Part shown: piece by piece, positions 57,801 through 64,000 of the stretch | Position numbering within the stretch: position 1 is the stretch's first letter | How the letters are laid out: each line of letters starts with the position of its first letter | Assembly: GCF_964204645.1 (NCBI RefSeq) | Contig: NC_134028.1 | Coordinates: 2,914,001-2,978,000 of the forward strand | Direction: 5' to 3' | DNA from: Tubulanus polymorphus | Lineage: Eukaryota; Animalia; Nemertea | DNA: 64,000 nucleotides | Translations under genes and position numbers: made by a program | The notes under the pieces: generated by a model | The model's database searches: none | The model's input: the letters and a program-made list of their open reading frames with translations, nothing else | Told to the model about the DNA's origin: nothing

Positions 57801-60800
57801 ACACCTGAGGTATGGTTACTTGACTGGTTTTTGTTTGCCCGTACGAGTAGTTGTTTGTCCATTTGTTCATTCTGAATATGAAATCTTTCCGCTGTTTAAA
57901 TTAGATTTGAATCTCAGTTGAAATCTGTTTGTTTTCAAACATTTGAATGTGGTATAAATTTTTGTCACTACTGAAGTGGTTCTACAGTTATCATGTCACT
58001 TGCAGGTCTGATATGATGACTGCAGTCTATGCAGGTTTGGCTTTATGTTCAAACTGCTTCTTAAGACTTTATATCAAAACCTTGAATATTTATTGCGGTA
58101 TTTGCCGTGTGGTTTTCGCGACAGCTTGTCACACGTCGTATTGTGCGGCGTATGAATACAAATGGTAAAAAAACGTTCGATTACCCGGGGAATCGGCAGG
58201 GAATCGGTAGGGAATCAGCAGGGAATCGGTATATTTTCACGTGGTTCATTATAGACTCGTGGCACGAAGGTTAATTTCTACGTGAGTGAACCGAGTTAGT
58301 TAAGTGAACTCGCGTTGAGAGTTGAATCCGTATACGCGCATCGGTCTTCTCATTCGATTCAATACTCATCAGGTGAACGGCTGCGCTCGCAATCATCTAA
58401 ATATTGGAATTTTCATTGAACATCATAACAATTGTCAAAGTCAGCTTATTGTAAGATGTGATAATTGAATCAAATTCTTGATGAGTACTAACAGCCAGTG
58501 ATGTTTGGAGTTACTGTTTTTGAAATCATTTTGAAAGCGTACGTTTTGTGAACTCAGTTTATTGTGCGAAGCCAGTATCAACCGTACCCTCGAACAGCTG
58601 TGCTCTGAATTATCAAATCATCAGTATTTCTATTGAGCTTCGCAAGAAATTTCAAAGTCGTCAGTAAATTTTATATATAATATGCGCACTATTATACAGG
58701 TAACAATTGGAATAACAGTTTCTGAAATCATTTGAAGCCTACGTTCTGTGAAGCTAGTGCCCTTGAGGAGATAGTGGTGAAGATATCTCGACAATTGAAG
58801 ATGTTATTGTCGAGTAATTGCGTTACGTGACTCGGTCATGAAACGTCCAAATTGGGCCTCGTATCGTGAAATTATACATCTATTCACGTGTGGCATTGTC
58901 GCGAGGGTTTAACACGCTATGCTGTAAGGCGTTATAGCTGCATCGAGCGTTCGTTCGTTCGTTCGTGACTATCGGCCATGAATATATAACACGGTTATTG
59001 AACTTATCATTCAATAAACCGAGTTCGTACCGGGTTAATTTACGCTGCAACGTTCTTCATCTGTGTGACGAGTAAAGCAAAGCTGACCTGTCACTCCTCA
59101 GTGTTGGTAACGGTAAACACAGTGTCTTACCGGTTGGAAGCGCGGTAAATGTTTCGTACCGTAATTGAAAATTTCCGTTAGAAATTAATTCATCTCGGGT
59201 GATGATGAGTTCTGATGAGTTCTGATGAGTTCGCGTGCTGTTCTAGTTAATAAAACTCGTCGCTGATATTGGATTATCACTCCACGAACAACGTGAAGTA
59301 TTGTTCACCGCGTTCGTTATCGGATCCGTAAGTGGCGCCCGGATAACGACGACGTATCGACAGTTGTGGTATTTGAAGATTTTCAAATTTGATCAAGTAT
59401 TTTTCATCCGATGTGAAGTACATGCTATAAGTGCATTGTTGATTTTCGCTGTATTTTTTATTGTCGTGTATTATTTCGATGCATTCCCGCTCGTATTGGA
59501 CTGTTTCCTGCTGAATCCATTAATGGCTTATCGGATAAACAGTTTTTTTAATTCCTGTCACTTAGCGCGGTACGAATGGAACATAAAATTCGCATCTGAT
59601 GACCTCATTGCTGCAGTGCGATCTCGTATTTGCGACGGAATAACTCGCATGCCGTCTGATCTCGCTATTTTGACGGAGTGACCTCACAATAGGAGCTGTC
59701 ATCTTTCAGTCTAGCATCCGTAGGACGCTTTTAGTCTAGCTCCTCAGTCCTTGCAACAGTTCCGGTGTGACCTTACTTAGCATTAGATAGCCCTAATTTC
59801 TGCATCTCAGTGCAGTTCAGTACAGTGCGATTACCCGGAGACCTCGTATGACCCCACAGACCTACCGGTGGTGCTGTGTGAACTTACGGCAGTAAATTGT
59901 AACTATTCGAGTTATCGATCAGTGAATGGTACCGTGATGGTCGCGTTAGAGCTCGTGCGTTTTCATCATCAGTGATCTCTTAATCTCACCGACAATCAAT
60001 TTCTCGCATGTTAAAAAGGTGAAGTTCATTGATAGGAATATAAACCGTGTAGGCGTTATCAATTCAGGTAAGTCTTTCATCGATCCTCCAGATCCGATGA
60101 CATATTCATTCATACATTCACTGATATTTCACTGTGTTTCTGTATGAATAGTCGTGGTTTTTTAGACGTCATGTTTTGCTGTAATGATCTTATTTCCTAA
60201 AACGTTTTGTTGTTGACATGATTGAGCTATCGTTGAATTAGTACGATACAAACGTTAATGATGACTGTGTCTGATTCATTTTTTCCATCCTCGCTTGCCA
60301 GTGCTGGTCGTTAGTCTTTCTATAGTTAAACATCCTTTACTTTTCCAATGGCAGACCGACCTAGCGGGGTTCACGGTACAGACCCCTGCCTTCCCATATG
60401 TCAAGACAGTTATCGTGAAAACCTGCAAATTTGACACACAGCCTCTCGGAAGTTGCATCTTTTTCCAGATGTATTTCTTCAAAAATTACAACCACTCGGA
60501 ATCAGTAAGATCACAATGTCCATGATGAAACAACGAATGTAAAATCCAACAATTTTCAAATGACTAAAAATTTTATTTGGAATGCTATGCATATTTCAGG
60601 TGGTTCCTACAGAAGCCTTCTTCTGTTTAAACAAATATTTAGTCTTTCAACAATTGTAGGATTTCAGCATCATGGCTGCTTCATCAGATGAATGTCGTTC
60701 CTTTTCTCTTGGACTGCCTACCAATTTTCCTAATTCCGTTCCTCGCAACTTTGACGAAAAAGTCTGAGTTAAATCTGAGAATAAATGAGTGAAAATATTG

Positions 60801-61188
60801 AGATCGAACTCCGGATATTTCATTGTTAGCATCGATGTTAACTAATTAAGATATTTCCCGTTGCCATCTGACAAAAATCCCGTCGCCACAGCCGAGTTCA
60901 AAACACGGCTGACGGTAATTGAATCTAGGCTGCCATTAATGTCCCATCTTGGGAGCATGTTTCCATGGCGACGGCGGGCGTTCTGTCGGTATCAGCCGGT
61001 GTTGAACAGTCGGTAAAAGTTACTCCAAGTCCTGACGGGATAGAGCAATCTCGGGGAAGAGTGTTGAGTGTGGATTGTGATTTTCTTTGATTAGTAAACA
61101 TCATCACTCTCAATTAATATCCGCTTCACTAGTTCGGGTATTCATGTTTTACACGTGTTCGTCAATATCGATATTTTGTTTATGAATA

Positions 61189-61293
61189 GTCGGTGTTGGA
61201 AAGTGGTTTACTCCTAGCAGGGCAGGGGTTCGATCCTCTAGCTCTCAATGGGCTGCGCTGTGAGTGCTGAGTGGAAACCCTGCTTTTCAAACC
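61189..61293 (+). mobile_element. Possible tRNA-derived SINE head (degenerate)
   Basis: A-box-like TTGGAAAGTGG followed about 25 nt later by B-box GGTTCGATCC; no full cloverleaf. Confidence 0.35.
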
Positions 61294-64000
61294 AAGTTCT
61301 GAATGACATGAACTAAAAACAAACTGCGATGATATGAAAATCGAAGCCAATTGAAGCTGAAGTTAATTAGGTTTTTATGAAAAAAAAATTAGGTTGTTTT
61401 GACTTTGTTTGCTACATTCATTCACCACATTTGTTTCCTATTGGTCTAGATATGTTGTTTTTCGTCGCCGAGACATTCCATTGTCTTTATTTTCATTCAA
61501 AATCAACTATAGGTGTCAAACTTCGGGTAAATCTATATATGCATACACATATACGAAGCCCTATAAACATATAGGTTTAATACAACTATTTAAATGAAGT
61601 GGACCTTGTCAAATTTAAAGCCAGTACTGCCAGTGATTAAAGTGAATATTATGTTTGCGTTGTTTATGACTGTGGAGGGTTAAAACGTTTTTGGCACGGG
61701 TGAAATTTAGGAAGTACCAACGACTTCGACGTCGTCGTCGGTTTTGAAGTTTTTAGGTCGATGTAGATTATTCTTTTGTGGCCGCTGGTGGAATGTATAA
61801 TTGCCTTGAGAAAAGTAAATAAAAAGAGAACGAAGCACTGATTTCATAGTTGTGTGTGTGTGCGCGCTGCATGATTGACAATTAAAGTGGAAAGTTAAGG
61901 GTGACATTGTTGCGCGGCGCGAGTACTGTACGAATTGTGTTATGAAAAAGAGGAGAAATTTATAAACTCTGTTTATTTTATTGCATGATGTGAATATTAA
62001 TTTGATCCCTTCGACCTCGGAGATCAGACCACTTCGTTTCACAAGTTGTCATCATCATGTAGATGTATATTGAGTATAATATCGTCTTTTTCTCGATCAA
62101 ATTGACTTTAGCGAAGTTGACCGTGAATACGTTTGAAATTCATGCCGTCGGGATTTCCGGATTATCGTGTTTATTACAATTGGTTTGGAAAATATTTATC
62201 AAAAATCTAAAGAACTTCAATCATCGAGAAACTCGATTCGTAATAAGTCGCCGCAACTATTGTTTTAGTTAGTCACTGGATCTAGAATCTGATGTTATGA
62301 ATTTGGGCGCGTTGTTTTAAGATATAAAGAGGAAATTCCATTTGAATTGTGTCATCCACTGAATACAATGCTAGCGTAAGTATATAAGTGCGTATCATAT
62401 TACGTTGACGAGCATTTTCTTCGATTTCCTAAAAGACTTCGATCGAAGGTGAGGAAATTTTGTCGGGAATTCACAGCGAATGATTGATATTTACATAAAA
62501 TCAAAGAAAGAATTATGTGGGAGGAGTTTTTCATGACGTTTACATTTCGATTTTAGCTTTCATATCTGCATGTGATCTTTCAGTTTTTGAATGTTATGTT
62601 TTTGGCAAACATTACATCAAAAACAACATTGAACTTAACAAGCTTAGCCGATGGGGGAAGTGAAGGGCGGGCGCTTGTTCGGCATGGAAATGTCATTTAT
62701 GCATCCATTTCATGTATTAAACTCAAACATATTCGTTTGTTATAATCTAGTATTCAATAAATATAGACATAGCTTTCATAGCGAAAATGATGTTAAAGAT
62801 TTCGACTCCACCCTAGAATTTGATTTCTTCATTGGTAACAATGTGACATCATTTATGATGGACATAGCTACTCAGCATATTTACCTATACCTCAGGAAAA
62901 TCTAAAAATGCATAGTGAGCAGGAATTTGCAAGTATTAGACGTTTTAAGGAAATGGGTTACTTCAATGTCGGGTGATAGTCCGGACCTTAAGACTCCCGC
63001 TAGACTACAGGACTAGGCTAGGGGCTGATTTATTAGTAACCATATGTTTCTCTTCATGGCTAAATTCACTGTTATGAAATGCAACTTATACATGTAACAG
63101 AATACATTCGGCCTTAATTATATTAATATGTGTAAATACTTGTATGTTTATAATGCCATATAAAGACTACGTGGTTGGTCTCGGTGTATTAGATTAGCTA
63201 AGCTAATCATAGTTCAAATATCATTGGTCTGTATGCAAATGTGAACGCTGCCATTTTCGAGCACCTCAAAGATGGAGGTAAGATTCGTATGAAGGATATG
63301 AGTTACTTTCTGTGAATAACATCTATAAAAGGCTCGTTTTATTAAGATATCTTTAATATTCAGTATAACACGGGTATAAGTTTGCGGCAGCGGCGTTCTA
63401 TTTCTATTTCGATGTATTTTCCCTGAGGATGTTTGTTATGATTGATCTGATTTATAAATAGATTAATCGCAGGTTTTACCATATATTGATGTTGTATATT
63501 GATTATGTATCAAACTCTCGATAGATACGCTTTGATTGTGTTATAGTTTATACATGTTTTACCGTGAGCGCCTCCTTGTTTTAAGTCTTTCTTATTCGTA
63601 TATGTCGGCGAGAATCAGTAGAAAAAGTGGTTCCGGACCCGGTTTCACAAAAAAGGTGGAACTGAATTTTCGCTGTGTGCTGTTGGTTTCTTCATGTTTT
63701 CGATGAGGACGAGAATTAAATCATAACAGTTTTAAGCTTGAATTTACTCCTGAAGATGGCTTAAATGTTTCGTTAGCTTTTTACATGAAGCTTTTGTGCG
63801 ACAAAATTTTTTCAGAGTTTAAACCTTTTCAATTGGAGTTACGCGTAGACGGCTTTTGCCGTCTTTGGCCTGTAAATTTGCACACCACTCTAAGCGATGA
63901 TTGTCTATACGCCGATGGATAAGCAGATAAGCAGTATCGCGGCTTTCGTTTCCTAGAAACTGCCGGAATATTCTGATTGGAAATCAAATCTCGGCAGTAG

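Noticed and set aside
59205-59265. CTGATGAG twice, a possible hammerhead or C/D snoRNA
   Set aside because: No stem II or GAAA half; it is a short tandem duplication of TCTGATGAGT.
61189-61293. Functional tRNA gene
   Set aside because: A B-box is present but no acceptor, anticodon or T-stem pairing can be built.
53000-64000. Many 60-130 aa ORFs
   Set aside because: No recognisable domains, mostly non-ATG starts; consistent with chance ORFs in a long intron.

Overview
AT-rich, intron-rich animal (invertebrate-like) genomic DNA, not prokaryotic. Host genes, read by manually splicing exons: the 3' part of an SLC16 monocarboxylate transporter (+), PDPK1 (+, with a U12 minor intron containing a 25-bp minisatellite), mitochondrial aconitase ACO2 (+, one GC-AG intron), PLA2G6/iPLA2-beta (-), a CD20/MS4A-like four-TM protein (-), gankyrin PSMD10 (+), an uncharacterised C-terminal RING protein (+), and the first three coding exons of a RAPGEF2/6 PDZ-GEF (+), whose next intron apparently runs to the window end. 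The main finding is an apparently intact 6374-bp P-superfamily DNA transposon (22922-29295) with perfect 32-bp TIRs and a 7-bp TSD. It carries two convergent spliced genes: a 7-exon, 859-aa DDE transposase that stops about 60 aa after the catalytic E, and a 368-aa partner whose motifs resemble the missing C-terminal domain of P/THAP9 transposases, suggesting a split two-component transposase. The window also holds a Penelope-like palindromic insertion with a minimal hammerhead ribozyme and 12-bp TSD, and several MITEs with TTAA, 5-bp and 6-bp TSDs. All homology calls come from motif recognition by eye; no searches were run.
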